From: Schmidtea polychroa
Taxonomy: Eukaryota
NCBI GenBank assembly: GCA_044892525.1
Contig: CM097885.1
Coordinates: 24,616,001 to 24,680,000 of the forward strand
Reading direction: 5' to 3'
Length of the DNA: 64,000 bases
This document shows, in pieces, positions 1 through 14,149 of the stretch. The notes below the pieces were generated by a model that saw only the letters and a program-made list of their open reading frames with translations, was not told the DNA's origin and made no database searches. Numbering within the stretch: position 1 is the stretch's first letter; each line of letters starts with the position of its first letter. The position numbers and the translations under genes were made by a program.

Positions 1-299
1 TAGTTGTAATATTCTTTTTGTTAATTATAAAGCTATAAGTTATAAATAATTATGAGATTTTAAATACAACTTATGCTGATCCTGAAAATAGAAATTGGTA
101 ATGGAGAAACTTTGATTATAAACCATGGATGAAGGATAGCAGCGAATAAACTTTAGTATAAAAATTTTAACTTAGAACTAGTTAGATATAGACTATAGAT
201 GCGATAGAACTCTGAAATTATAACTCACAAATAATACCGAGAAATCTGTAAGAAATTTGAGAAACAATGTTGATCATAAAAAGGAATTCATAAAGAGGT

Positions 300-640
300 C
301 GACTATAAAATTATAAATCCGAAGATATAGAATTATGAATTATAAAATACAAAATTAGAAATTGTAGAATATAGAATTGTAAATTATAAAATATAAAATT
401 ATAAATTATGAAATATAAATGTATAAAATATAAAATTATAAATGGTAAAAGGAAAAATTATAAATTATAAAATATAAATTCCTAAATCGTAAAATATAAA
501 ATTATGAAATGAAAAATTAGAAATTATAAAATATAAATTTGTAAATTATAAAATTATAAATTGAAAAATGGAAAATTATGAATTATAAAAATATAACTTT
601 ATAAATTTTAAAACATAAAATTATAAATTATAATTATCTA
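300..640. repeat. Degenerate AT-rich minisatellite (AAATTATAAAATAT-like units)
   Basis: Many imperfect tandem copies of aaattata/aaatata are visible. Confidence 0.75.
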
Positions 641-789
641 TATAGGACATGCTCCTAAATATTGACTGTAAATACTTATATAGTTGTCAAACAGGTATAA
701 GAATAAACTATGAGGATTTACAGTTAATCATTATCAGCATCATAGTAGTACTGCTCATATTACCAATATTATTATCATTACGATCCTCA

Positions 790-1200
<411 letters not shown>

Positions 1201-2532
1201 CCACGATTATTATTAGTATTACTATCGTTATTGTTATCATTATATTATTGTCATTATTATTATTACTGTTATTATTACCAGTACCATCATGCCCGTTGTT
1301 GTTAACATTCTTATTACTTTCAGTTATCCCGATTATTATTACCATTATTGAGATAGACCCAATTATGAGGACTACCCTTCTCCTAGTTATTATCCTTATT
1401 ATTATTAATATTACGATCAGTATTAAATGACTTAATAATTATTATCAATATTGTTATTAGTTAGTCATATATAGTCGTATATATATCATTTAGTTGAACG
1501 TATAGTTAATTATATATATTATGCTCATATCTATCGGTTAAATATACAAATAATAGATATTAGAGATTATTATTTTTATCGGTGATTGTTAATCCCAAAA
1601 AATCAATATTCCAATCCAATATCGATTTAGGAATTTCCCAAAATTTTAAAATTAGAAATAACCCTTTTGAGCCAATCAGAATTCTGAAAACTATTTTTAG
1701 CAACCCCCCCCCCCGGGAGGAATGTTACCATTATTCAAGTCACCTAGGGATATGGATGAGGGGGTATGATCAACTACACAAGTTAATACCGAATGTATAA
1801 TCCAACATACCATTTTTATCAAACGAACGTAGACAAGAAATTTTATTTATCAAATTTTGTCTTGAGTAACAAATTAACATATACCAGCGTTACAAACCTA
1901 AAAACACTGATCCTCGACTAGGAGCGATAAGCCGAGCTCCAGGAGCTGAACGTCGACATCTTCAGGTGGGAAAATGATCACCAAATTGTCCCTAAATTAG
2001 GTATATACGATCAATAAATAAATTACCTCAAATGAATAAACGATGATTTCACCACTTATAACGAATACAACCAGGGGAAGAGTAAGTGAGCAAGAGACTG
2101 AGCTCGTCACTAGTACCCTTCGCCTGGCGTAACCGCATTTAGTGGAAATGTTCATATTTACCTAAAATTACCTAAAAAGTCGAAAATTTCAATTTATAAA
2201 AATTCAAATTACCAACTAGTGGTAAATAAATGCCGAATGATTAAAATAATAATTTAAAACAAAACAATTTTTTTGGAAATTTTCGGTCAGGGTATGGACT
2301 TTCTTACGTTAACGCTTAACTTTAATAAATTCTTCTTTAATCTAACTAATTAAAAAGTATATCAATAAATTAAATCAAAAATTTTTATGTTAGAAGTATT
2401 TATATTAATTATAATAAATTTGGTAGTTAAAGTATTATTGATTTTAAACAAGAAATTTCTGTATGTTTTGTTGTGACGTCTATTTATAAGTCACATTGGT
2501 TATGCATGGGTCTTAATATTTATACTACAGGC

Positions 2533-2898
2533 ATGTCCCAATCAGACGATTTCAGTGACGAGGAAACCTACCGGCAAATGATTACCCGGCTCCGCACGCG
2601 GTACATTTGGTACCGCATCCACGACTGGAATCGTGGATTAGATCTAGATAACTTCGACCCAGTTATCCGAAGTGGCCCAGAACCCGATGCCCCGGCGTGG
2701 GTGAAAACGGAGCCGGAGAATAACACGTTACGAGAGGCCCGCGATCAAGCGGCCAGCGATGTAGAAGCCGCTCAAACCCGGCTTAAGAGAATCGAACTAC
2801 AAATCCGGGCCAAGAGAGAAGGAGTGTCCCTGGAGGAACTCGAAGAAGCCGTGGCAACCCCACGCAAGAGAGGGAGGCCCCGCAAGCGCCAAGCATGA
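2533..2898 (+). CDS. Small GC-rich protein with coiled coil and C-terminal AT-hook (KRGRPRK)
   Basis: Open frame MSQSDD...PRKRGRPRKRQA, much more GC-rich than the flanks. A splice-acceptor-like tactacag lies just before the ATG and AATAAA follows near 2988. Confidence 0.5.
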   Translation: MSQSDDFSDEETYRQMITRLRTRYIWYRIHDWNRGLDLDNFDPVIRSGPEPDAPAWVKTEPENNTLREARDQAASDVEAAQTRLKRIELQIRAKREGVSLEELEEAVATPRKRGRPRKRQA

Positions 2899-3157
2899 TT
2901 ATTATATGACAATTAACTCAATTTGGTCATCTCATTTATCGTTTGGTTACTAATTAATCTTAGAAATCATCTAGTGTGTATTATTTAAATAAAGTATTCT
3001 TTCTGGGTTTTGTAATTCATATAGTAAATTGAGCAAGTACAATAATGTCGTAACGGTAAAACACTAATGTTAATTAATGATTCTACTACTTGATCGTTAT
3101 AATTCTGCTTGATATGAAGGAAATTAATAACCCTTTATGTTTTTAGTGTATAAATTA

Positions 3158-3616
3158 ATGGAAAATCTGCGCAAGGATCGGGAGCAGGCCAAACAACAAA
3201 CCGACGAACTCCGAGTCCGGGTGGATAAATTGAAAGGGAAATGTTGGGAGTTCGAGGGGACGTGATTTAGTCCCGAGGCAATGAAAAAGAAAACAGCCCA
3301 GATTCTCCAACTGCAGACGCAAGCCGCCCAAGACCAAATGGAGATTCGCGCCCTAAAATTGCAGGTGCGCGCGCTCGAAGCCGAGCGAAACGAGCAGTTT
3401 ATACAGGAAGCCGTAACAAGGCAAATACGGCCGCTGACTGTTGAGCTCGCAACAATATACCCTCCAGCCGCTGAAGGTAAGCCTAAACGAAAGCGGGTTG
3501 GACGGAACATTCGGGAAAAATTAAAGAAGGCCAGGTTGGCCGAGTACGAACGGGAAGCAAATTCATCGCAAGCGTCTACGACGGGGTTGGCCAGCTCTAC
3601 CAACAAGCCGATTTGA
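3158..3616 (+). pseudogene. Coiled-coil/basic protein ORF interrupted by one in-frame TGA
   Basis: MENLRKDREQ...EFEGT*FSPEAMKKK is in frame with the 3281 ORF (TGA at 3263-3265); GC-rich coding-like composition. Confidence 0.45.
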
Positions 3617-6068
3617 ACTTTTATTCTGTTTTGTATATTTTTGTAGTAGGCTTTGTATATTTGTGTAGTATTAAAATAATACATATTCTTGTGGTGTTAA
3701 AATAATACCTATTTTGTAGTATTAAAATAATGTCCGATATATTTTATGATTGCCTGAGAAATGAGAGTTTGTGCGTAAGGTTGGGGAAACAATTTTGATA
3801 AGGGACCCGAGGAAATCGGACACAAACCTTCTAACGGTAGTCCGTGAACCCATAGAGTACTCGACAATTATAGTGCCTTGATGCGCTCACTTTTTGCGAG
3901 TACTCAACCCCTTGGTACAGTACCAACGTTGATTACTCAACGGTTACCAAGCGGAAAACAATGTTGCATGTTGGGTTACGCTGGCAACAGCATAAAATCG
4001 TAATTAATCAACCACCAGTAACCCAACACTAACCTGTATTCCGCAATATCATCAATCTGCTTTGACAGTTGATTCGTTTCATCGTTATAATTATGCAAAC
4101 AACAAATAATGCGCCACATCAAGCTATTGGTGAATTTCCACCGGAAAACATAATAATAATAATAATGGTAAATAATAGTAAAAACATAATAAATAATAAT
4201 AATAATAGTAATAGTATTTTGAGTTGAACTACATAAAAAGTCTGAAATATTTTAAGAAAAAATCGTGAAAATTATAAAAATTATAAATTTTTGAGAAAAA
4301 ATCTTGAAAATCGTAAAAAAGCCGCTAACCATCTACTGAGTTTGTTTGTTTTTGTGCTTAGTGCTTTTCTGTTATATTTGAGTCAGTTTTCATGTGTTAC
4401 TTCTTGCATTTGTTTTATTTTATTTCTTAATTTAGATGTTTTCCTTTTTTGTTTATTTGATGTTGCATATTTTCTATTTAAATAAACTTAATGCTAAGTG
4501 TGAGTGTTATGTGCCACCACACTTCGTTACATTTGCAAGATTTTGGGTCTAGAATTCAGTTCTAGCCCAACACACAGAACATGTTTTGGAAATCGAAATC
4601 TACTGATTTTCAATTACTTGGACAGCGCTTTTCACGCATATCCAAAGATGGTAATGAATTGTGAGTTCACAATGATTCACACCAACCATGGATTATGTTG
4701 ACGTTACCGAGGTTTATCACCACGCAATGTGTGCTTCATTTCAATGGATCATTCGAAGTCTCTGATTTATTTGGAAAAAAGTGTCTCGATTTCAAAGTGT
4801 TTTAGAACTTTCGTCTATGCTGTCATTTTCGTACTGGTTTGTTTCGCGCTACCTACTATGGAAGGATCTATGACTCCTCTAAATACATTCTATCTCTAAG
4901 CTCTGTCTCTGTTCGACTTAACCCTCGGTGCATCACAATCACAATACAGCTGTAGAATTATGGCTCATCCTGTTTTCTAAGTGTAATTTTCCAATCAACG
5001 TTGTTCATGATTGTTCAAATTTCATCATACTTTCTCAACGATCTCTACCCTATTATTCCTTCATAGTACCGATGTGCCAAACTGGCGAAACATCCGCTGT
5101 CATTAAGCACGAATGCCAACGGTTTACGAACATTCGTTCAATCTGGTCTCACCAACATTATAACAAATATAAAATCTTAGAAAATTGTGATTCAAAATAT
5201 AATGAAATGGTTTTTACATTTACTAGATAAATAATTAATGATAACGTGGAAAAAAGCGAAAAAGCGGTGTCTTGTTAAAAATTTAATTATCATAATATTT
5301 ATGTTTACATATTACTACTAAAATGTTCGAAAGACATAAATACAAATAATAAAATTTACTTTCGCTTTCCGTTGAATACAACCGATTCGAAAAAATAGAA
5401 AAGTTCTCGAACCGGTTTGATCGTCAAATTTTATAAGTGATACTCTGAGAATTCTCGAATTGGATACAAGCTTTGTCTATAAAAGTTAGAAAATAACATT
5501 AGGAGAATCAACTAAATTATTGGTATATATATATATATATATATCAATCTTCTTACTGTCTCGACCAATCAGGATTAAGCAGTTGTTCAAATTGTACTTT
5601 TTGCTATTTTAATTGCTATTTTAATGTTCCTTTTTTAATTTATTTGCTTTATTTTGCTAATTTAATTATTAATTATGTTTTCCCTTAATTTATTTTATCT
5701 ACCTTTCTCCTGACTGGAATCCATCTATATTTTTCTGATTAATTTTGACACAGATGTAGAAAAAATGGAAGATATCACTATTCTCTTTCCTTGCACGTAA
5801 ACATAATCATCTGAGGAAGTTGGCGTTCTTGATACATCAAAACGTTCTATATTATAGACCTTCTAGGAGTGTCTCCATCATCGGAGTCAAAACTAGAAGC
5901 TCAACATTTTCCGTTTTTAGATATATTAATTTCTTCCATCTTTCTTCTAGGTCGTAGTCAAAAAAGTAATCTTCAAGTGAGTAAAATAAATGACCAATAT
6001 AAGCTGAATGAAAACCAAATAATAATGGATGATATTCACTTGCAAAATCTCGTATTTTAAATAACAAA

Positions 6069-6380
6069 CAAGGTTACCAACTTGACAATTTTCACCCGAA
6101 GACTTCGGGTTTGATGTGGTAACTTCGGGTCTTCGGGTTTGTCAAAATATTTTCAAAATGTTTGCCGGTTTAGTTTTTATTTAATTCTGCAGGGATTATT
6201 AGTTATTTTTTGCTAGGATTGTTGGTAAAGTTAGCTGGGATAATAATATGAGTTGTCAATTTTGAATTTCATTTGAATTTCATTTGTTTTATATTCATAT
6301 GTATTTATTATATATTATTAAATCTTCGGATGTAAAAATAATTTCTTCGGGTCTGACTCGTTCCAGACTTGGTAACCCTG
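6069..6380. mobile_element. hAT-type MITE (312 bp)
   Basis: TIRs CAAGGTTACCAA / TTGGTAACCCTG; perfect 8-bp TSD ATAACAAA at 6061-6068 and 6381-6388. Confidence 0.88.
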
Positions 6381-6602
6381 ATAACAAAGTTGGTCAATAT
6401 CTAAGCACTCCGATTGATGTACAATTTCTATCGTAAGTAAAATAATCGCTAAATTCAAATTCTGGATAATTTAAATTTGGATGTATCAAATATTCATCTA
6501 ATTTATCGTAATTAAAATCCTTTTTTGTGAAGGTTTCAAATATAAATGTTATTGATGGCAATAAATTATTCATTATAATTTTCTAGAATGAAACGTTCCA
6601 TT

Positions 6603-6685
6603 AAATATCCAGGAGAGATGAACATAATTTTGTGGACCAGGAACACGTACAGACTTACAATTGGATAAAAAAGGCAACCCTGTTG
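6603..6685 (+). pseudogene. Relic of a Polinton/parvovirus-type PLA2 gene
   Basis: Reads KYPGE / HNFCGPGTRTDLQLDKKGNP with a frameshift; DNA resembles 31665-31755 (aaatatccagg...tggaccaggaacacgt). Confidence 0.7.
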
Positions 6686-7200
6686 AAAATTTTACTGGAA
6701 ATACAGGAGTAAATATTGATAATATGGAAAGCTGATGGAGCAGGAGGATTATTATTCATATCAATTTCGTTTCATACACAGCAACTTTCGAAATCATTAT
6801 CATCCATTTCTGATTCTTCTTCATTTTTCACTGCTTCCACTGCCTAAATTTACACTACCGTTGTTGGAGTCACTATCACTGTTTTCTATAACAGTTTTCC
6901 TATTTTCAGTTAGCAACGAAAGTTCATCATCACTCTCATTATCAGAAAAAGAAGTTTCATGTTTTGACATTTCGAACACTGGGTGTAACAAACGTAACAA
7001 ATGAACAATCATCTCAATCGCTGTTGAGCAACTAATTTTATAAAAAAAAAGAAAGAGAAAATTTGCTACAAGAAAACATGGATGCGCCTATATGCTATAT
7101 AGCGGAGAGGATCATCGTCTTGAGATTGGTGTAGTTTTATGTTGTACAACCAGCTTTAGTTGGTCATAATTTTGAATATTATTTAAAAGAACTGGGTGAA

Positions 7201-8371
7201 TGTTGTAGAATTGTGGGTACGATTAATGGGTGGGATGATGCCGAGTGTAGGGTTTGACTATGAGCGGAACGCAATCCGATAATTTCTCGAGTTACTCCAC
7301 AGAGAGAGGTTTCATTTTAATTTTGTTTTAATAATAGTTTTATAAACCGAACAGCGACCATTACTCGAATGTATGTTAGTTCTATTTTTCAGTAAAACGA
7401 ATTACCGAGGGATTCAAATGGACCTGAAGGCATCAATGCATCATATTGAGACAGAGATAAACTGAGGACACGATGGTGAGAGCTCAAGATCATGTAATTT
7501 TTCTCTGAGGCCGTGTAAAATGCAGTGGTTATAATAATCCAGCACCAGTAGCAAGTGAGACCAAATCAGGTAGGAATCCTAACACTCAAGTATATCATTC
7601 AAAATTAGAGATCTTGGGAAATTAGCGTGCCATTGACCCACGGGATATGGCATGAGCACCGTCGAGCCAGTATTTTTAACTGTTTCCGATAGACCGAGTC
7701 AAAGGTTGAGTCCCGAGCCAAGTTCTCAACGAAAAACTTAATCGAGCAGAAAGCAAGCAGGAGAGAGCTCAGTGGAGAGACCGAGATGAAGTCAGAGTTT
7801 CAGGGCATGTCCATCGAAGCCTGGACAGGATCGACCTAACGGGCCTGTGATTATGACCGACAATCTTGTAGTTTATCATGAACAAATAATTGTGTATTGG
7901 TTGTGAGTTCGGAGTCTTTGTCTGTAGAAGTGTTAAAAAATTGAGGGACCTAAATTAAAGTTGGACACGAAACCAAACGACAGCCCACAGACTCAATCAA
8001 TTGCCTGGGGGATATAGTACACAGGGATGTACTCAGTTTTAGCAGGAAATCACTCATATTATTATTTTAGTTTACACAATACCAACGTTGTTCAGTGTAC
8101 TGGTGTGAAGTAGTAAATTCGCTTGTATTTTGGGCTGAGTCGGAAATGGATCCAAGGCGTAGAATGTCGAGTCATTATATCTAGTATTTAAAATACTGTT
8201 TATATGAAAGAAAACCCCAGTAGAGCCACTGTTAAAAAGTACTGTGGTAGGAAAACTGGAGTATGTGCTGTATGTTGTTATTTTATATTTTTGTAGTGCA
8301 AGAAAAGTATTAACTTCCACAAACTTTATTATCTATAAATATTAAAAATCTTATTATTAACGTCTACAACA
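7201..8371. mobile_element. Possible LTR-like segment
   Basis: TGTTGTAGA...TCTACAACA 9-bp inverted ends around a GC-richer non-coding block; no TSD found. Confidence 0.4.
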
Positions 8372-9473
8372 AAACTTGGAATTAAAAACAAATTAACTAC
8401 TGCATTTGGTTTCGACAATAGGTAGGGTATGCCTAGTGTTTTCCTGCCTTTAACTTGAAATTAATCAATACTCGCGATTAAGAACTTTAATAATTTATTT
8501 TAAATTTCTATCCGATCTGACAATATTTTCCAATAATTTGTAATTGGCAATGTCTTCTCGTTCGTCGTTTCCTTTTTAAACTTGTGCTCCAAATCCAAGT
8601 TGTGTTTCACTTTTATAGTCTGTCATTTAATGGCATTTACATATAATTATTCCAGGTTTTTTTATTTATCCAATATCTCAGTTATTTTGAAGTAGATTTC
8701 GAGATATGAAAATTTAATTTTGAATTAGTTTTCCTTCTTTGATTTTTACTTTTTAATTAAGAACAACCTTGTTATATTTCATTTTATATTTTTTCGATTC
8801 CTTGTCATTACCGTTTCCTCTCCTCACTCCTGCTTCTCAAAATTCTAGATCAATATACCTTTTATTTTATACTTTTCTGTCCAATCAATTTGCTCACGTT
8901 AATAATTATTTAATTTTATTATTTTAGGTACCATCAACAATATTAACACCAGTTGTAATTTTATTGAAAACCGATATTAGTAGTACTCAAAAACGAATAA
9001 TTAAATAAAATGGTTACAGTGGGATTTGGTTGACACGGGTAGTAAATGAAAAAAAGTCTATTCAAAAAAACCGTTTATTTCGCAATTGTTTTAGATACAA
9101 CATTCGAAAATTATAGGTAATTCGAACGATGTCTGATACAGACTTTATATCTCTCTTCTACACATAGTTTTCTTAAATCTGCAAAGTGCAAAAGTACATG
9201 GTGGGATATCATTGTAGTGCGTACTAGACATCGACATTTTATTTATAAGTTGCAATGCAAGAAGTTCCGAATAATCGATTTTGTCACCGTTGTTAAGTCT
9301 TGTGTCTCAGTTTCCTAAAAAAACTTTTGGGACGTCAAAAAGTCCTGGAAAAAATTTAATTGAAAAGGACTATCTTTAAAGTTGTTAATTCTTTCATTTT
9401 AACAAATATATACTTAAATATAAGTTGACCTTCGAGATATCTTTATATTCTTGTTATGATTGAATTGAATTAA

Positions 9474-12130
9474 CCCTTTGACGCTCATAAGCGTTGCCGG
9501 CATTTTTATCGCTTGAAATATTAATCAATCGACAGATTTTAGTCCATTAGTGAGTATTATTTTTAAAAAATAATTTATTCTTTATTTTTTAGACACTACC
9601 TGGGGTGGTACATAAATACACCACTAAGCGATAATATGCAAAATATCCAATCAGTCAATTATATGATAAAGTGAATAACACTGACGTTGAGCATTCAGAC
9701 AGAGGTGAACATCACATGAACTGCATTTAATGTTGCTGCGGCAATCATGTCTTCGGGTGCTGCAGTATGTGCATCGCTTTCTGTCTTCTGTGAATACTGG
9801 TAAATGTTGTGGTGTAGGACAAGCAGCATTACTCAGTCGAATTTTCTTTGAAGGAGGATTTGCGGATGTCGCTCTCTGACGACTACTGTAACGACCAGTG
9901 AGAGATAGCGCCACAGATCTGCGAAAGTCAAGAGCCTTCATTAGGTTGCTCTCATTTAGTTTCTTGAAAATGACATAGGAATTACACACACCAATATCCA
10001 GTAGGTCAAAGAAAATGCGTAAGTAGAACTTCACTTTTGACCTTTAAGTAAAAAAATCAAAACAAACAATGTATGTAGAGTTATAATGTGCACAGAGGCT
10101 GTAAATATTTGCTTACCTTCGGTCGATTCCATATGCCTCTTTTCGTTGATCTGCAATGTCAACACCTCCCATAATTGAATTATACGTCGAAACCATTTTT
10201 GGAACAGTTTTAGGCATTTTACCAGCCGTACCTCTTCGTCTTCTCATAACGGTCGTGGTTTCAAAAGGAGTCTCATAATTGGATAGAATAGTGACAGGGC
10301 GTTTGTCCATCCACTTTATTGATGAGATACTGCCATCAGTGCTAACGTAAGAGTAAATATCACCCTCTTTCATAGGCTTGTTAGCACGTACATCATCTGG
10401 CAAGTGTTTTCGTGATGTTCTGATAGTACCAATAGCTTGAACACCGTTTTCACGTAAATAGAAAAACAGCTCTACCGAGGAGAAGAAATTATCCATTGCC
10501 AGGATACAGTTTGTGTTGTGAAGACTTTTTGCCAAATGCATTACCACACTTCCACCTAGACCAAATTGGCGACCTTCATTATAAACTTTGCCTTGATACA
10601 TGTCAAGTTCATGAACATATCCAGAGTGAACATATCCAGGACCCACATTTTGAATCCCCAGGGTACGGGTTTTCCTTTGACGTACTGTTTCATTGCACTT
10701 TTCCCAGTGAACTTAATCATGTGTTCATCAATTGACATTTCATTTTCCATTTCCATTGCAGCTTGAAACGCTTTGTTGAAATGGTTTATTAGTGGACGTA
10801 CTTTGTACGCTCTGTCGTATTCCGGATTGTCTTTATGTGGCTGAAGAGCATTATCACTAAAGTGCAAATTCTTTAGGATAAATTCAAATCTTTTCACTGT
10901 CATCACATCGGCAATTGCATCTACATGGAGATCTCTGTCAGTTGACCAATAGTCACGGAGATTTGGTAATCTGTTATAGCCCATAATTATGCATATACCC
11001 AGAAATGCTTTTATCTCTTCACTTGTTACATCGAATATAATTCCCTGTTGTTGAGCATACAATTTAGTTTGTTCAATAATGAGTGTTACAAGATCTTCAA
11101 AATTTGTTGTGATTTCAAATGAAGAGAAGGCAGTTGCAGGTTCAATATCCACTTTCACTTTTCCGAAATCTACTAGTTTTGTAGGTGTAGGGAATTCCGA
11201 CAATCTCCGTTTTTTCTTTTGCCATTTTATATTTAAAGCCGTTGAATGCAACACATCTGAATCACGTTCTGAAATGGCAACAGAAACAAATATACGAATT
11301 CGATTGAAATATATTAGGAAATCGAAATAATGTACCTGACTCATCAGATAAGTCTTTAGATTCCTCATCAACATCTATGTCTAAAAACATAAAAATAAAA
11401 CTTTGGTCACCATAAATGCTGATTTTAATTTGTAGCTAGCTTATATACCTTCTATTATTGTTTCGTCGATACCCATTTCAATGTCATTTTCAATCAGGGT
11501 AACATCTTCCTCATCAAGGTTTTCCATTTCGTCCTCAGAATTATCCGCCAATAAAAGTGAAATTGCTTTTTGAGCACAGGCTCTTCTTGAGTGAACAATT
11601 CTTTTTTCTTTTGACATATCCTATAATAAAAATCATAAAAAATAAATAGCAAGTGTTAAAATATGTATTTTCATTTTAATTATATTTCTGTGCTATCACT
11701 AAGTACTATCAATTTAGTAATTTAATAATGAACTATATAATACGCTAAATTTATGTTTACCGTTCTGTGGTATATATATATATATTTCAGTTCTCTGAAG
11801 TACAAAAAAATAGTATTTAAGTTATTTTAATAGTCATTATGTTAGTTAAATCATTGTGAAATAATATAATATGAAAAACGTTTTCAAAAACAAAAGATTA
11901 CCTAAAATAATCTGAGTAGAAGATAATGTCTCAAAATTCTGAAAATTTCAAATATTTAACGAGATCGTATTAACTAAAACAATGTTTTTATAGACACCAA
12001 AGATTCCAATGATAATCATTAGGCATATGAGAGTATTTTTATCAAAGGGCGAAACCAAATTATGTTTATTTATTGGTGAACTATTTTGTTGAAGTCGTGG
12101 TACATATATATACCACAGAACGTCAAAGGG
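9474..12130 (-). mobile_element. Full-length piggyBac transposon (2657 bp)
   Basis: TTAA at 9470-9473 and 12131-12134; TIRs CCCTTTGACG(C/T)TC; internal transposase. Confidence 0.95.
9651..11617 (-). pseudogene. piggyBac transposase, spliced (3 predicted introns), one frameshift
   Basis: Motifs SIDEHM, MDNFF, MGGVDIADQ and a C-terminal Cys-rich domain. GT-AG introns at 11448-11381, 11335-11269 and 10116-10042 restore the frame. A 13-bp duplication at 10612-10639 shifts the frame. Confidence 0.85.
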
Positions 12131-13326
12131 TTAAATGGATAATTGAAAGTTGACTTTCGAAATATCTTTATATTCTTGTTATGATTGAATTGAATTAAAT
12201 GGATAATTGAAAGTAGTCTTTCGAGATATCTTTTTATTCTCAATTAATTTTTTTTTCGATTTGTCATTTTTACTATATCGATAATTTACTATAGTAAATT
12301 ATCGCTATATAGTTTTTTTAAGACTTTTATTTCAGGACGTCGAGGGCGCCAAAACAGGAGTAAAAATGAAACCTAATTGAGGTTCTGTTTTGGTTCATAA
12401 TTATGATTAAAAATGTTAAATTCTACTACAAATATTATTATAATTTTTTATTATTATTATTTCACAAAAATTTACATTAAAAAGTATTTTAAGAAACCAT
12501 TTCATAAAAAACTTGCATTAAAAATTTCATTACACTATAGTGCCTCACGTTAACAAGCACAGAAAATAATTTCAATAAAAATTTTCAAAGCCAAATATCC
12601 CATGGGCCATAATCCTACCACACTATTCTCCGCAATTGATTTTGATATTATTTTCTAGATGGAAATCATTATACAATAAAATTTTAATTTTTATTCCAAA
12701 ATCAGATTTAATTATCAATTTACTTTCATGAAGAGAGTTGAACAAGTTATATATTATGTAACAAAACAATTGTTAATAGTTCTGTATCTTATTATTATAG
12801 AATATTATATTTTATTACAATATTATTTTATTACAATTTATAAATATAAATATTTATTATTATTTAAAAATTATAAATTCTTTAAAATAAAATTGTCAAT
12901 TATTTAAACACAAAATTAAAAAATATAAATTGTCAACATTACATTTTTTCTTTACAGTTTTATTAATTGTTTATTTAATTAATATAAAAATGACTTATAT
13001 AAAATACTAAATATAAAATTTCTTACATTTGTTAAAATTAGTCAATATTTTCAACTTTTCAAGGTCAATTAACATTGCAAACAAGCAGAAAATTTGGATA
13101 ATAAAATGGGTAAATTAAATCAATTAATAAATACCATAAACAACTCGTAATTAAGGAAAAGTTTACTGTCAAATATGCAGAAAACGATGTAAAGGAGATG
13201 TTTTGAAAATCCATGACAAATTCATCCATAAATCGTGTTTCCTTTGCTGTTGTGAGTTTTGTTTCCAGTTTCGTTGTCAAATTTCTATTTAATATCGGCA
13301 ATTGATGTTTATGTTCTCAATTTTAG

Positions 13327-13510
13327 GCTGTAAAACGAGCTTAGAAAAAGGTGGATTTTTTATGAAAGATGAAAAATACTATTGTAAAAAGGATTATCTC
13401 GACAAGTTCGGTGTCAAATGCCAAGTATGCAACGAAACTGCTGAAGGAGAAGTCATTGTCATATTTGCAACAACATTTCATCCTAATTGCTTCAAATGCC
13501 GGAATTGTCT
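13327..13510 (+). CDS. Exon of an actin-binding LIM protein (abLIM/UNC-115-like): end of LIM1 and start of LIM2
   Basis: ttttag|...|gtgaga; CKTSLEKGGFFMKDEKYYCKKDY...CQVC...EGEVIVIFATTFHPNCFKCRNC matches the abLIM LIM pattern. Confidence 0.88.
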
Positions 13511-13544
13511 GTGAGATTTCTGTGGATTATTCATTAATTCTTGT

Positions 13545-13637
13545 TTAATAATAATAATAATAATAATAATAAAATAATAATAATAACAATAAAGTAATAA
13601 TAATAAAATAATAATAATAAAATAATAATAATAATAA

Positions 13638-13725
<88 letters not shown>
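13545..13725. repeat. (AAT)n microsatellite
   Basis: Direct reading. Confidence 0.95.
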
Positions 13726-13729
<4 letters not shown>

Positions 13730-13771
13730 TGATAAATATTCATGATTTCTTGGTAGCAGTATATTGTAAAA

Positions 13772-13934
13772 CAGGGGTTTCAAACTCAAACTGGCCTGCG
13801 GGCCGCATTAGACTAGTATTATGAGCCGGCGGGCCGCAACATAAATAATTGTTTTTCAGAACATGTGGAGTCTGAAACTCCGATGTTAATATTTATTTAA
13901 TTAAAAACTCAACAAAACTAAAAAACATTTTTTT

Positions 13935-14004
<70 letters not shown>

Positions 14005-14149
14005 TGTATAACGTCATATGTATAAATAAAAATAATTAAAAAGATAAGTTTTAATTTATACAGCCAATTATGATTTTAATTGTTAAATAAGTTTGGTTAA
14101 ATTACAAATCTATGTTTTTTCGTTGCGGGCCGCGTGTTTGAGACCCCTG
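13772..14149. mobile_element. hAT-type MITE containing an (AAT)n tract
   Basis: TIRs CAGGGGT(T/C)TCAAAC; sub-terminal GCGGGCCGC motifs; TSD TTGTAAAA / TTGTAAAT (7 of 8). Confidence 0.85.
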
